Shown: positions 11,901 through 26,900 of the stretch, in pieces
Numbering within the stretch: the stretch's first letter is position 1
Layout of the letters: every line of letters begins with the position of its first letter
Source of the DNA: Auanema rhodensis
Taxonomy: Eukaryota > Animalia > Nematoda
Assembly: GCA_964057225.1 (NCBI GenBank)
Contig: OZ059895.1
Coordinates: forward strand, 4,526,001-4,590,000
Length of the DNA: 64,000 nt
Direction: 5' to 3'
Translations under genes and position numbers: made by a program
The notes under the pieces: model-generated
Database searches by the model: none
What the model was told of the DNA's origin: nothing
What the model saw: the letters and a program-made list of their open reading frames with translations, nothing else

Positions 11901-14900
11901 GCATTAGTGTATGTTGAGTTTCCATGTACACTCAACATTGCTTCCAAAAACATTTTGACAAAAATTTTTTCGAAAAATTTCAAAATAATTTAGCAAAAAG
12001 TAGATGTTTTTAGATTTCTTTTTTTAAGGCAAAAATGATGGACAATGTTATTAAACGAAAAAATTAATTCTTCAGGGTGAAAATCGAGGATATAAGTGTG
12101 AACTTATATCAGTTGATATCTCGGTGCATTTTCAAGCTAGCGCAAATCTGATAACACAGATCGACGCAGCTTAAAAATCCGCATCGAATGCACTATACTA
12201 CATTGAGAAACGCTTAATACAAAAATTAGTTATGATCGTTTGAAAAATGATGCATTAGTGTATGTTGAGTTTCCATGTACACTCAACATTGCTTCCAAAA
12301 ACATTTTGACAAAAATTTTTTCGAAAAATTTCAAAATAATTTAGCAAAAAGTAGATGTTTTTAGATTCCTTTTTTCAAGGCAAAGACGATGGACAATGTT
12401 ATTCAACGAAAAAATTAATTCTTCAGGGTGAAAATCGAGGATATAAGTGTGAACTTATATCAGTTGATATCTCGGTGCATTTTCAAGCTAGCGCAAATCT
12501 GATAACACAGATCGACGCAGCTTAAAAATCCGCATCGAATGCACTATACTACATTGAGAAACGCTAAATACAAAAATTAGTTATGATCGTTTGAAAAATG
12601 ATGCATTAGTGTATGTTGAGTTTCCATGTACACTCAACATTGCTTCCAAAAACATTTTGACAAAAATTTTTTCGAAAAATTTCAAAATAATTTAGCAAAA
12701 AGTAGATGTTTTTAGATTCCTTTATTCGAGGCAAAGATGATGGACAATGTTATTCAACGAAAAAACTTCAGGGTGAAAATCGAGGATATAAGTGTGAACT
12801 TATATCAGTTGATATCTCGGTGCATTTTCAAGCTAGCGCAAACCTGATAACACAGATCGACGCAGCTTAAAAATCCGCATCGAATGCACTATACTACATT
12901 GAGAAACGCTTAATACAAAAATTAGTTATGATCGTTTGAAAAATGATGCATTAGTGTATGTTGAGTTTCCATGTACACTCAACATTGCTTCCAAAAACAT
13001 TTTGACAAAAATTTTTTCGAAAAATTTCAAAATAATTTAGCAAAAAGTAGATGTTTTTAGATTCCTTTTTTCAAGGCAAAGACGATGGACAATGTTATTC
13101 AACGAAAAAATTAATTCTTCAGGGTGAAAATCGAGGATATAAGTGTGAACTTATATCAGTTGATATCTCGGTGCATTTTTAAGCTAGCGCAAATCTGATA
13201 ACACAGATCGACGCAGCTTAAAAATCCGCATCGAATGCACTATACTACATTGAGAAACGCTTAATACAAAAATTAGTTATGATCGTTTGAAAAATGATGC
13301 ATTAGTGTATGTTGAGTTTCCATGTACACTCAACATTGCTTCCAAAAACATTTTGACAAAAATTTTTTCGAAAAATTTCAAAATAATTTAGCAAAAAGTA
13401 GATGTTTTTAGATTCCTTTTTTCAAGGCAAAGATGATGGACAATGTTATTCAACGAAAAAATCAATTCTTCAGGGTGAAAATCGAGGATATAAGTGTGAA
13501 CTTATATTAGTTGATATCTCGGTGCATTTTTAAGCTAGCGCAAATCTGATAACACAGATCGACGCAGCTTAAAAATACGCATCGAATGCACTATACTTCA
13601 TTGAGAAACGCTTAATACAAAAATTAGTTATGATCGTTTGAAAAATGATGCATTAGTGTATGTTGAGTTTCCATGTACACTCAACATTGCTTCCAAAAAC
13701 ATTTTGACAAAAATTTTTTCGAAAAATTTCAAAATAATTTAGCGAAAAGTAGATGTTTTTAGATTCCTTTTTTCAAGGCAAAGATGATGGACAATGTTAT
13801 TCAACGAAAAAATTAATTCTTCAGGGTGAAAATCGAGGATATAAGTGTGAACATATATCAGTTGATATCTCGGTGCATTTTCAAGCTAGCGCAAATCTGA
13901 TAACACAGATCGACGCAGCTTAAAAATCCGCATCGAATGCACTATACTTCATTGAGAAACGCTTAATACAAAAATTAGTTATGATCGTTTGAAAAATGAT
14001 GCATTAGTGTATGTTGAGTTTCCATGTACACTCAACATTGCTTCCAAAAACATTTTGACAAAAATTTTTTCGAAAAATTTCAAAATAATTTAGCAAAAAA
14101 TAGATGTTTTTAGATTCCTTTTTTTAAGGCAAAAATGATGGACAATGTTATTCAACGAAAAAATCAATTCTTCAGGGTGAAAATCGAGGATATAAGTGTG
14201 AACTTATATCAGTTGATATCTCGGTGCATTTTCAAGCTAGCGCAAATCTGATAACACAGATCGACGCAGCTTAAAAATCCGCATCGAATGCACTATACTT
14301 CATTGAGAAACGCTTAATACAAAAATTAGTTATGATCGTTTGAAAAATGATGCATTAGTGTATGTTGAGTTTCCATGTACACTCAACATTGCTTCCAAAA
14401 ACATTTTGACAAAAATTTTTTCGAAAAATTTCAAGATAATTTAGCGAAAAGTAGATGTTTTTAGATTCCTTTTTTCAAGGCAAAGATGATGGACAATGTT
14501 ATTCAACGAAAAAATTAATTCTTCAGGGTGAAAATCGAGGATATAAGTGTGAACATATATCAGTTGATATCTCGGTGCATTTTCAAGCTAGCGCAAATCT
14601 GATAACACAGATCGACGCAGCTTAAAAATCCGCATCGAATGCACTATACTTCATTGAGAAACGCTTAATACAAAAATTAGTTATGATCGTTTGAAAAATG
14701 ATGCATTAGTGTATGTTGAGTTTCCATGTACACTCAACATTGCTTCCAAAAACATTTTGACAAAAATTTTTTTGAAAAATTTCAAGATAATTTAGCGAAA
14801 AGTAGATGTTTTTAGATTCCTTTTTTCAAGGCAAAGATGATGGACAATGTTATTCAACGAAAAAATTAATTCTTCAGGGTGAAAATCGAGGATATAAGTG

Positions 14901-17900
14901 TGAACTTATATCAGTTGATATCTCGGTGCATTTTCAAGCTAGCGCAAATCTGATAACACAGATCGACGCAGCTTAAAAATCCGCATCGAATGCACTATAC
15001 TTCATTGAGAAACGCTTAATACAAAAATTAGTTATGATCGTTTGAAAAATGATGCATTAGTGTATGTTGAGTTTCCATGTACACTCAACATTGCTTCCAA
15101 AAACATTTTGACAAAAATTTTTTCGAAAAATTTCAAGATAATTTAGCGAAAAGTAGATGTTTTTAGATTCCTTTTTTCAAGGCAAAGATGATGGACAATG
15201 TTATTCAACGAAAAAATTAATTCTTCAGGGTGAAAATCGAGGATATAAGTGTGAACATATATCAGTTGATATCTCGGTGCATTTTCAAGCTAGCGCAAAT
15301 CTGATAACACAGATCGACGCAGCTTAAAAATCCGCATCGAATGCACTATACTTCATTGAGAAACGCTTAATACAAAAATTAGTTATGATCGTTTGAAAAA
15401 TGATGCATTAGTGTATGTTGAGTTTCCATGTACACTCAACATTGCTTCCAAAAACATTTTGACAAAAATTTTTTTGAAAAATTTCAAGATAATTTAGCGA
15501 AAAGTAGATGTTTTTAGATTCCTTTTTTCAAGGCAAAGATGATGGACAATGTTATTCAACGAAAAAATTAATTCTTCAGGGTGAAAATCGAGGATATAAG
15601 TGTGAACATATATCAGTTGATATCTCGGTGCATTTTCAAGTTAGCGCAAATCTGATAACACAGATCGACGCAGCTTAAAAATCCGCATCGAATGCACTAT
15701 ACTACATTGAGAAACGCTTAATACAAAAATTAGTTATGATCGTTTGAAAAATGATGCATTAGTGTATGTTGAGTTTCCATGTACACTCAACATTGCTTCC
15801 AAAAACATTTTGACAAAAATTTTTTCGAAAAATTTCAAAATAATTTAGCAAAAAGTAGATGTTTTTAGATTCCTTTTTTCAAGGCAAAGATGATGGACAA
15901 TGTTATTCAACGAAAAAATCAATTCTTCAGGGTGAAAATCGAGGATATAAGTGTGAACTTATATTAGTTGATATCTCGGTGCATTTTCAAGCTAGCGCAA
16001 ATCTGATAACACAGATCGACGCAGCTTAAAAATCCGCATCGAATGCACTATACTTCATTGAGAAACGCTTAATACAAAAATTAGTTATGATCGTTTGAAA
16101 AATGATGCATTAGTGTATGTTGAGTTTCCATGTACACTCAACATTGCTTCCAAAAACATTTTGACAAAAATTTTTTCGAAAAATTTCAAAATAATTTAGC
16201 AAAAAGTAGATGTTTTTAGATTCCTTTTTTTAAGGCAAAAATGATGGACAATGTTATTCAACGAAAAAATCAATTCTTCAGGGTGAAAATCGAGGATATA
16301 AGTGTGAACTTATATCAGTTGATATCTCGGTGCATTTTCAAGCTAGCGCAAATCTGATAACACAGATCGACGCAGCTTAAAAATCCGCATCGAATGCACT
16401 ATACTTCATTGAGAAACGCTTAATACAAAAATTAGTTATGATCGTTTGAAAAATGATGCATTAGTGTATGTTGAGTTTCCATGTACACTCAACATTGCTT
16501 CCAAAAACATTTTGACAAAAATTTTTTCGAAAAATTTCAAAATAATTTAGCAAAAAGTAGATGTTTTTAGATTCCTTTTTTCAAGGCAAAGACGATGGAC
16601 AATGTTATTCAACGAAAAAATTAATTCTTCAGGGTGAAAATCGAGGATATAAGTGTGAACTTATATCAGTTGATATCTCGGTGCATTTTCAAGCTAGCGC
16701 AAATCTGATAACACAGATCGCCGCAGCTTAAAAATCCGCATCGAATGCACTATACTTCATTGAGAAACGCTTAATACAAAAATTAGTTATGATCGTTTGA
16801 AAAATGATGCATTAGTGTATGTTGAGTTTCCATGTACACTCAACATTGCTTCCAAAAACATTTTGACAAAAATTTTTTCGAAAAATTTCAAAATAATTTA
16901 GCAAAAAGTAGATGTTTTTAAATTCCTTTATTCGAGGCAAAGATGATGGACAATGTTATTCAACGAAAAAACTTCAGGGTGAAAATCGAGGATATAAGTG
17001 TGAACTTATATCAGTTGATATCTCGGTGCATTTTCAAGCTAGCGCAAATCTGATAACACAGATCGACGCAGCTTAAAAATCCGCATCGAATGCACTATAC
17101 TTCATTGAGAAACGCTTAATACAAAAATTAGTTATGATCGTTTGAAAAATGATGCATTAGTGTATGTTGAGTTTCCATGTACACTCAACATTGCTTCCAA
17201 AAACATTTTGACAAAAATTTTTTCGAAAAATTTCAAAATAATTTAGCAAAAAATAGATGTTTTTAGATTCCTTTTTTTAAGGCAAAAATGATGGACAATG
17301 TTATTCAACGAAAAAATCAATTCTTCAGGGTGAAAATCGAGGATATAAGTGTGAACTTATATCAGTTGATATCTCGGTGCATTTTCAAGCTAGCGCAAAT
17401 CTGATAACACAGATCGACGCAGCTTAAAAATCCGCATCGAATGCACTATACTTCATTGAGAAACGCTTAATACAAAAATTAGTTATGATCGTTTGAAAAA
17501 TGATGCATTAGTGTATGTTGAGTTTCCATGTACACTCAACATTGCTTCCAAAAACATTTTGACAAAAATTTTTTCGAAAAATTTCAAAATAATTTAGCAA
17601 AAAGTAGATGTTTTTAGATTCCTTTTTTCAAGGCAAAGACGATGGACAATGTTATTCAACGAAAAAATTAATTCTTCAGGGTGAAAATCGAGGATATAAG
17701 TGTGAACTTATATCAGTTGATATCTCGGTGCATTTTCAAGCTAGCGCAAATCTGATAACACAGATCGACGCAGCTTAAAAATCCGCATCGAATGCACTAT
17801 ACTTCATTGAGAAACGCTTAATACAAAAATTAGTTATGATCGTTTGAAAAATGATGCATTAGTGTATGTTGAGTTTCCATGTACACTCAACATTGCTTCC

Positions 17901-20900
17901 AAAAACATTTTGACAAAAATTTTTTCGAAAAATTTCAAGATAATTTAGCGAAAAGTAGATGTTTTTAGATTCCTTTTTTCAAGGCAAAGATGATGGACAA
18001 TGTTATTCAACGAAAAAATTAATTCTTCAGGGTGAAAATCGAGGATATAAGTGTGAACATATATCAGTTGATATCTCGGTGCATTTTCAAGCTAGCGCAA
18101 ATCTGATAACACAGATCGACGCAGCTTAAAAATCCGCATCGAATGCACTATACTTCATTGAGAAACGCTTAATACAAAAATTAGTTATGATCGTTTGAAA
18201 AATGATGCATTAGTGTATGTTGAGTTTCCATGTACACTCAACATTGCTTCCAAAAACATTTTGACAAAAATTTTTTTGAAAAATTTCAAGATAATTTAGC
18301 GAAAAGTAGATGTTTTTAGATTCCTTTTTTCAAGGCAAAGATGATGGACAATGTTATTCAACGAAAAAATTAATTCTTCAGGGTGAAAATCGAGGATATA
18401 AGTGTGAACATATATCAGTTGATATCTCGGTGCATTTTCAAGCTAGCGCAAATCTGATAACACAGATCGACGCAGCTTAAAAATCCGCATCGAATGCACT
18501 ATACTACATTGAGAAACGCTTAATACAAAAATTAGTTATGATCGTTTGAAAAATGATGCATTAGTGTATGTTGAGTTTCCATGTACACTCAACATTGCTT
18601 CCAAAAACATTTTGACAAAAATTTTTTCGTAAAATTTCAAAATAATTTAGCAAAAAGTAGATGTTTTTAGATTCCTTTTTTCAAGGCAAAGATGATGGAC
18701 AATGTTATTCAACGAAAAAATCAATTCTTCAGGGTGAAAATCGAGGATATAAGTGTGAACTTATATTAGTTGATATCTCGGTGCATTTTCAAGCTAGCGC
18801 AAATCTGATAACACAGATCGACGCAGCTTAAAAATCCGCATCGAATGCACTATACTTCATTGAGAAACGCTTAATACAAAAATTAGTTATGATCGTTTGA
18901 AAAATGATGCATTAGTGTATGTTGAGTTTCCATGTACACTCAACATTGCTTCCAAAAACATTTTGACAAAAATTTTTTCGAAAAATTTCAAAATAATTTA
19001 GCAAAAAGTAGATGTTTTTAGATTCCTTTTTTTAAGGCAAAAATGATGGACAATGTTATTCAACGAAAAAATCAATTCTTCAGGGTGAAAATCGAGGATA
19101 TAAGTGTGAACTTATATCAGTTGATATCTCGGTGCATTTTCAAGCTAGCGCAAATCTGATAACACAGATCGACGCAGCTTAAAAATCCGCATCGAATGCA
19201 CTATACTTCATTGAGAAACGCTTAATACAAAAATTAGTTATGATCGTTTGAAAAATGATGCATTAGTGTATGTTGAGTTTCCATGTACACTCAACATTGC
19301 TTCCAAAAACATTTTGACAAAAATTTTTTCGAAAAATTTCAAAATAATTTAGCAAAAAGTAGATGTTTTTAGATTCCTTTTTTCAAGGCAAAGACGATGG
19401 ACAATGTTATTCAACGAAAAAATTAATTCTTCAGGGTGAAAATCGAGGATATAAGTGTGAACTTATATCAGTTGATATCTCGGTGCATTTTCAAGCTAGC
19501 GCAAATCTGATAACACAGATCGCCGCAGCTTAAAAATCCGCATCGAATGCACTATACTTCATTGAGAAACGCTTAATACAAAAATTAGTTATGATCGTTT
19601 GAAAAATGATGCATTAGTGTATGTTGAGTTTCCATGTACACTCAACATTGCTTCCAAAAACATTTTGACAAAAATTTTTTCGAAAAATTTCAAAATAATT
19701 TAGCAAAAAGTAGATGTTTTTAAATTCCTTTATTCGAGGCAAAGATGATGGACAATGTTATTCAACGAAAAAACTTCAGGGTGAAAATCGAGGATATAAG
19801 TGTGAACTTATATCAGTTGATATCTCGGTGCATTTTTAAGCTAGCGCAAATCTGATAACACAGATCGACGCAGCTTAAAAATCCGCATCGAATGCACTAT
19901 ACTACATTGAGAAACGCTTAATACAAAAATTAGTTATGATCGTTTGAAAAATGATGCATTAGTGTATGTTGAGTTTCCATGTACACTCAACATTGCTTCC
20001 AAAAACATTTTGACAAAAATTTTTTCGAAAAATTTCAAAATAATTTAGCAAAAAGTAGATGTTTTTAGATTCCTTTTTTCAAGGCAAAGATGATGGACAA
20101 TGTTATTCAACGAAAAAATCAATTCTTCAGGGTGAAAATCGAGGATATAAGTGTGAACTTATATCAGTTGATATCTCGGTGCATTTTCAAGCTAGCGCAA
20201 ATCTGATAACACAGATCGCCGCAGCTTAAAAATCCGCATCGAATGCACTATATTTCATTGAGAAACGCTTAATACAAAAATTAGTTATGATCGTTTGAAA
20301 AATGATGCATTAGTGTATGTTGAGTTTCCATGTACACTCAACATTGCTTCCAAAAACATTTTGACAAAAATTTTTTCGAAAAATTTCAAAATAATTTAGC
20401 AAAAAGTAGATGTTTTTAGATTCCTTTTTTAAGGCAAAAATGATGGACAATGTTATTAAACGAAAAAATTAATTCTTCAGGGTGAAAATCGAGGATATAA
20501 GTGTGAACTTATATCAGTTGATATCTCGGTGCATTTTCAAGCTAGCGCAAATCTGATAACACAGATCGACGTAGCTTAAAAATCCGCATCGAATGCACTA
20601 TACTACATTGAGAAACGCTAAATACAAAAATTAGTTATGATCGTCTGAAAAATGATGCATTAGTGTATGTTGAGTTTCCATGTACACTCAACATTGCTTC
20701 CAAAAACATTTTGACAAAAATTTTTTCGAAAAATTTCAAAATAATTTAGCAAAAAGTAGATGTTTTTAAATTCCTTTATTCGAGGCAAAGATGATGGACA
20801 ATGTTATTCAACGAAAAAACTTCAGGGTGAAAATCGAGGATATAAGTGTGAACTTATATCAGTTGATATCTCGGTGCATTTTTAAGCTAGCGCGAATCTG

Positions 20901-23900
20901 ATAACACAGATCGACGCAGCTTAAAAATCCGCATCGAATGCACTATACTACATTGAGAAACGCTTAATACAAAAATTAGTTATGATCGTTTGAAAAATGA
21001 TGCATTAGTGTATGTTGAGTTTCCATGTACACTCAACATTGCTTCCAAAAACATTTTGACAAAAATTTTTTCGAAAAATTTCAAAATAATTTAGCAAAAA
21101 GTAGATGTTTTTAGATTCCTTTTTTCAAGGCAAAGACGATGGACAATGTTATTCAACGAAAAAATTAATTCTTCAGGGTGAAAATCGAGGATATAAGTGT
21201 GAACTTATATCAGTTGATATCTCGGTGCATTTTCAAGCTAGCGCAAATCTGATAACACAGATCGCCGCAGCTTAAAAATCCGCATCGAATGCACTATACT
21301 TCATTGAGAAACGCTTAATACAAAAATTAGTTATGATCGTTTGAAAAATGATGCATTAGTGTATGTTGAGTTTCCATGTACACTCAACATTGCTTCCAAA
21401 AACATTTTGACAAAAATTTTTTCGAAAAATTTCAAAATAATTTAGCAAAAAGTAGATGTTTTTAAATTCCTTTATTCGAGGCAAAGATGATGGACAATGT
21501 TATTCAACGAAAAAACTTCAGGGTGAAAATCGAGGATATAAGTGTGAACTTATATCAGTTGATATCTCGGTGCATTTTTAAGCTAGCGCAAATCTGATAA
21601 CACAGATCGACGCAGCTTAAAAATCCGCATCGAATGCACTATACTACATTGAGAAACGCTTAATACAAAAATTAGTTATGATCGTTTGAAAAATGATGCA
21701 TTAGTGTATGTTGAGTTTCCATGTACACTCAACATTGCTTCCAAAAACATTTTGACAAAAATTTTTTCGAAAAATTTCAAAATAATTTAGCAAAAAGTAG
21801 ATGTTTTTAGATTCCTTTTTTCAAGGCAAAGATGATGGACAATGTTATTCAACGAAAAAATCAATTCTTCAGGGTGAAAATCGAGGATATAAGTGTGAAC
21901 TTATATCAGTTGATATCTCGGTGCATTTTCAAGCTAGCGCAAATCTGATAACACAGATCGCCGCAGCTTAAAAATCCGCATCGAATGCACTATATTTCAT
22001 TGAGAAACGCTTAATACAAAAATTAGTTATGATCGTTTGAAAAATGATGCATTAGTGTATGTTGAGTTTCCATGTACACTCAACATTGCTTCCAAAAACA
22101 TTTTGACAAAAATTTTTTCGAAAAATTTCAAAATAATTTAGCAAAAAGTAGATGTTTTTAGATTCCTTTTTTAAGGCAAAAATGATGGACAATGTTATTA
22201 AACGAAAAAATTAATTCTTCAGGGTGAAAATCGAGGATATAAGTGTGAACTTATATCAGTTGATATCTCGGTGCATTTTCAAGCTAGCGCAAATCTGATA
22301 ACACAGATCGACGCAGCTTAAAAATCCGCATCGAATGCACTATACTACATTGAGAAACGCTAAATACAAAAATTAGTTATGATCGTCTGAAAAATGATGC
22401 ATTAGTGTATGTTGAGTTTCCATGTACACTCAACATTGCTTCCAAAAACATTTTGACAAAAATTTTTTCGAAAAATTTCAAAATAATTTAGCAAAAAGTA
22501 GATGTTTTTAAATTCCTTTATTCGAGGCAAAGATGATGGACAATGTTATTCAACGAAAAAACTTCAGGGTGAAAATCGAGGATATAAGTGTGAACTTATA
22601 TCAGTTGATATCTCGGTGCATTTTTAAGCTAGCGCAAATCTGATAACACAGATCGACGCAGCTTAAAAATCCGCATCGAATGCACTATACTACATTGAGA
22701 AACGCTTAATACAAAAATTAGTTATGATCGTTTGAAAAATGATGCATTAGTGTATGTTGAGTTTCCATGTACACTCAACATTGCTTCCAAAAACATTTTG
22801 ACAAAAATTTTTTCGAAAAATTTCAAAATAATTTAGCAAAAAGTAGATGTTTTTAGATTCCTTTTTTCAAGGCAAAGATGATGGACAATGTTATTCAACG
22901 AAAAAATCAATTCTTCAGGGTGAAAATCGAGGATATAAGTGTGAACTTATATTAGTTGATATCTCGGTGCATTTTCAAGCTAGCGCAAATCTGATAACAC
23001 AGATCGACGCAGCTTAAAAATCCGCATCGAATGCACTATACTTCATTGAGAAACGCTTAATACAAAAATTAGTTATGATCGTTTGAAAAATGATGCATTA
23101 GTGTATGTTGAGTTTCCATGTACACTCAACATTGCTTCCAAAAACATTTTGACAAAAATTTTTTCGAAAAATTTCAAAATAATTTAGCAAAAAGTAGATG
23201 TTTTTAGATTCCTTTTTTAAGGCAAAAATGATGGACAATGTTATTCAACGAAAAAATCAATTCTTCAGGGTGAAAATCGAGGATATAAGTGTGAACTTAT
23301 ATCAGTTGATATCTCGGTGCATTTTCAAGCTAGCGCAAATCTGATAACACAGATCGACGCAGCTTAAAAATCCGCATCGAATGCACTATACTACATTGAG
23401 AAACGCTAAATACAAAAATTAGTTATGATCGTTTGAAAAATGATGCATTAGTGTATGTTGAGTTTCCATGTACACTCAACATTGCTTCCAAAAACATTTT
23501 GACAAAAATTTTTTCGAAAAATTTCAAAATAATTTAGCAAAAAGTAGATGTTTTTAGATTCCTTTATTCGAGGCAAAGATGATGGACAATGTTATTCAAC
23601 GAAAAAATTAATTCTTCAGGGTGAAAATCGAGGATATAAGTGTGAACTTATATCAGTTGATATCTCGGTGCATTTTCAAGCTAGCGCAAACCTGATAACA
23701 CAGATCGACGCAGCTTAAAAATCCGCATCGAATGCACTATACTACATTGAGAAACGCTTAATACAAAAATTAGTTATGATCGTTTGAAAAATGATGCATT
23801 AGTGTATGTTGAGTTTCCATGTACACTCAACATTGCTTCCAAAAACATTTTGACAAAAATTTTTTCGAAAAATTTCAAAATAATTTAGCAAAAAGTAGAT

Positions 23901-26900
23901 GTTTTTAGATTCCTTTTTTCAAGGCAAAGACGATGGACAATGTTATTCAACGAAAAAATTAATTCTTCAGGGTGAAAATCGAGGATATAAGTGTGAACTT
24001 ATATCAGTTGATATCTCGGTGCATTTTCAAGCTAGCGCAAATCTGATAACACAGATCGACGCAGCTTAAAAATCCGCATCGAATGCACTATACTTCATTG
24101 AGAAACGCTTAATACAAAAATTAGTTATGATTGTTTGAAAAATGATGCATTAGTGTATGTTGAGTTTCCATGTACACTCAACATTGCTTCCAAAAACATT
24201 TTGACAAAAATTTTTTCGAAAAATTTCAAAATAATATAGCAAAAAGTAGATGTTTTTAGATTCCTTTTTTCAAGGCAAAGACGATGGACAATGTTATTCA
24301 ACGAAAAAATTAATTCTTCAGGGTGAAAATCGAGGATATAAGTGTGAACTTATATCAGTTGATATCTCGGTGCATTTTTAAGCTAGCGCAAATCTGATAA
24401 CACAGATCGACGCAGCTTAAAAATCCGCATCGAATGCACTATACTACATTGAGAAACGCTTAATACAAAAATTAGTTATGATCGTTTGAAAAATGATGCA
24501 TTAGTGTATGTTGAGTTTCCATGTACACTCAACATTGCTTCCAAAAACATTTTGACAAAAATTTTTTCGAAAAATTTCAAAATAATTTAGCAAAAAGTAG
24601 ATGTTTTTAGATTCCTTTTTTCAAGGCAAAGATGATGGACAATGTTATTCAACGAAAAAATCAATTCTTCAGGGTGAAAATCGAGGATATAAGTGTGAAC
24701 TTATATTAGTTGATATCTCGGTGCATTTTCAAGCTAGCGCAAATCTGATAACACAGATCGACGCAGCTTAAAAATCCGCATCGAATGCACTATACTTCAT
24801 TGAGAAACGCTTAATACAAAAATTAGTTATGATCGTTTGAAAAATGATGCATTAGTGTATGTTGAGTTTCCATGTACACTCAACATTGCTTCCAAAAACA
24901 TTTTGACAAAAATTTTTTCGAAAAATTTCAAAATAATATAGCAAAAAGTAGATGTTTTCAGATTTCTTTTTTCAAGGCAAAGACGATAGACAATGTTATT
25001 CAACGAAAAAATTAATTCTTCAGGGTGAAAATCGAGGATATAAGTGTGAACTTATATCAGTTGATATCTCGGTGCATTTTCAAGCTAGCGCAAACCTGAT
25101 AACACAGATCGACGCAGCTTAAAAATCCGCATCGAATGCACTATACTTCATTGAGAAACGCTTAATACAAAAATTAGTTATGATCGTTTGAAAAATGATG
25201 CATTAGTGTATGTTGAGTTTCCATGTACACTCAACATTGCTTCCAAAAACATTTTGACAAAAATTTTTTCGAAAAATTTCAAAATAATTTAGCAAAAAGT
25301 AGATGTTTTTAGATTCCTTTTTTCAAGGCAAAGATGATGGACAATGTTATTCAACGAAAAAATCAATTCTTCAGGGTGAAAATCGAGGATATAAGTGTGA
25401 ACTTATATTAGTTGATATCTCGGTGCATTTTCAAGCTAGCGCAAATCTGATAACACAGATCGACGCAGCTTAAAAATCCGCATCGAATGCACTATACTTC
25501 ATTGAGAAACGCTTAATACAAAAATTAGTTATGATCGTTTGAAAAATGATGCATTAGTGTATGTTGAGTTTCCATGTACACTCAACATTGCTTCCAAAAA
25601 CATTTTGACAAAAATTTTTTCGAAAAATTTCAAAATAATATAGCAAAAAGTAGATGTTTTTAGATTCCTTTTTTCAAGGCAAAGAGGATGGACAATGTTA
25701 TTCAACGAAAAAATTAATTCTTCAGGGTGAAAATCGAGGATATATGTGTGAACTTATATCAGTTGATATCTCGGTGCATTTTCAAGCTAGCGCAAATCTG
25801 ATAACACAGATCGACGCAGCTTAAAAATCCGCATCGAATGCACTATACTTTATTGAGAAACGCTTAATACAAAAATTAGTTATGATCGTTTGAAAAATGA
25901 TGCATTAGTGTATGTTGAGTTTCCATGTACACTCAACATTGCTTCCAAAAACATTTTGACAACAATTTTTTCGAAAAATTTCAAAATAATTTAGCAAAAA
26001 GTAGATGTTTTTAGATTCCTTTTTTTAAGGCAAAAATGATGGACAATGTTATTCAACGAAAAAATCAATTCTTCAGGGTGAAAATCGAGGATATAAGTGT
26101 GAACTTATATCAGTTGATATCTCGGTGCATTTTCAAGCTAGCGCAAATCTGATAACACAGATCGACGCAGCTTAAAAATCCGCATCGAATGCACTATACT
26201 TCATTGAGAAACGCTTAATACAAAAATTAGTTATGATCGTTTGAAAAATGATGCATTAGTGTATGTTGAGTTTCCATGTACACTCAACATTGCTTCCAAA
26301 AACATTTTGACAAAAATTTTTTCGAAAAATTTCAAAATAATTTAGCAAAAAGTAGATGTTTTTAGATTCCTTTTTTCAAGGCAAAGACGATGGACAATGT
26401 TATTCAACGAAAAAATTAATTCTTCAGGGTGAAAATCGAGGATATAAGTGTGAACTTATATCAGTTGATATCTCGGTGCATTTTCAAGCTAGCGCAAATC
26501 TGATAACACAGATCGACGCAGCTTAAAAATCCGCATCTTATGCACTATACTACATTGAGAAACGCTAAATACAAAAATTAGTTATGATCGTTTGAAAAAT
26601 GATGCATTAGTGTATGTTGAGTTTCCATGTACACTCAACATTGCTTCCAAAAACATTTTGACAAAAATTTTTTCGAAAAATTTCAAAATAATTTAGCAAA
26701 AAGTAGATGTTTTTAGATTCCTTTATTCGAGGCAAAGATGATGGACAATGTTATTCAACGAAAAAACTTCAGGGTGAAAATCGAGGATATAAGTGTGAAC
26801 TTATATCAGTTGATATCTCGGTGCATTTTCAAGCTAGCGCAAACCTGATGCCACAGATCGACGCAGCTTAAAAATCCGCATCGAATGCACTATACTACAT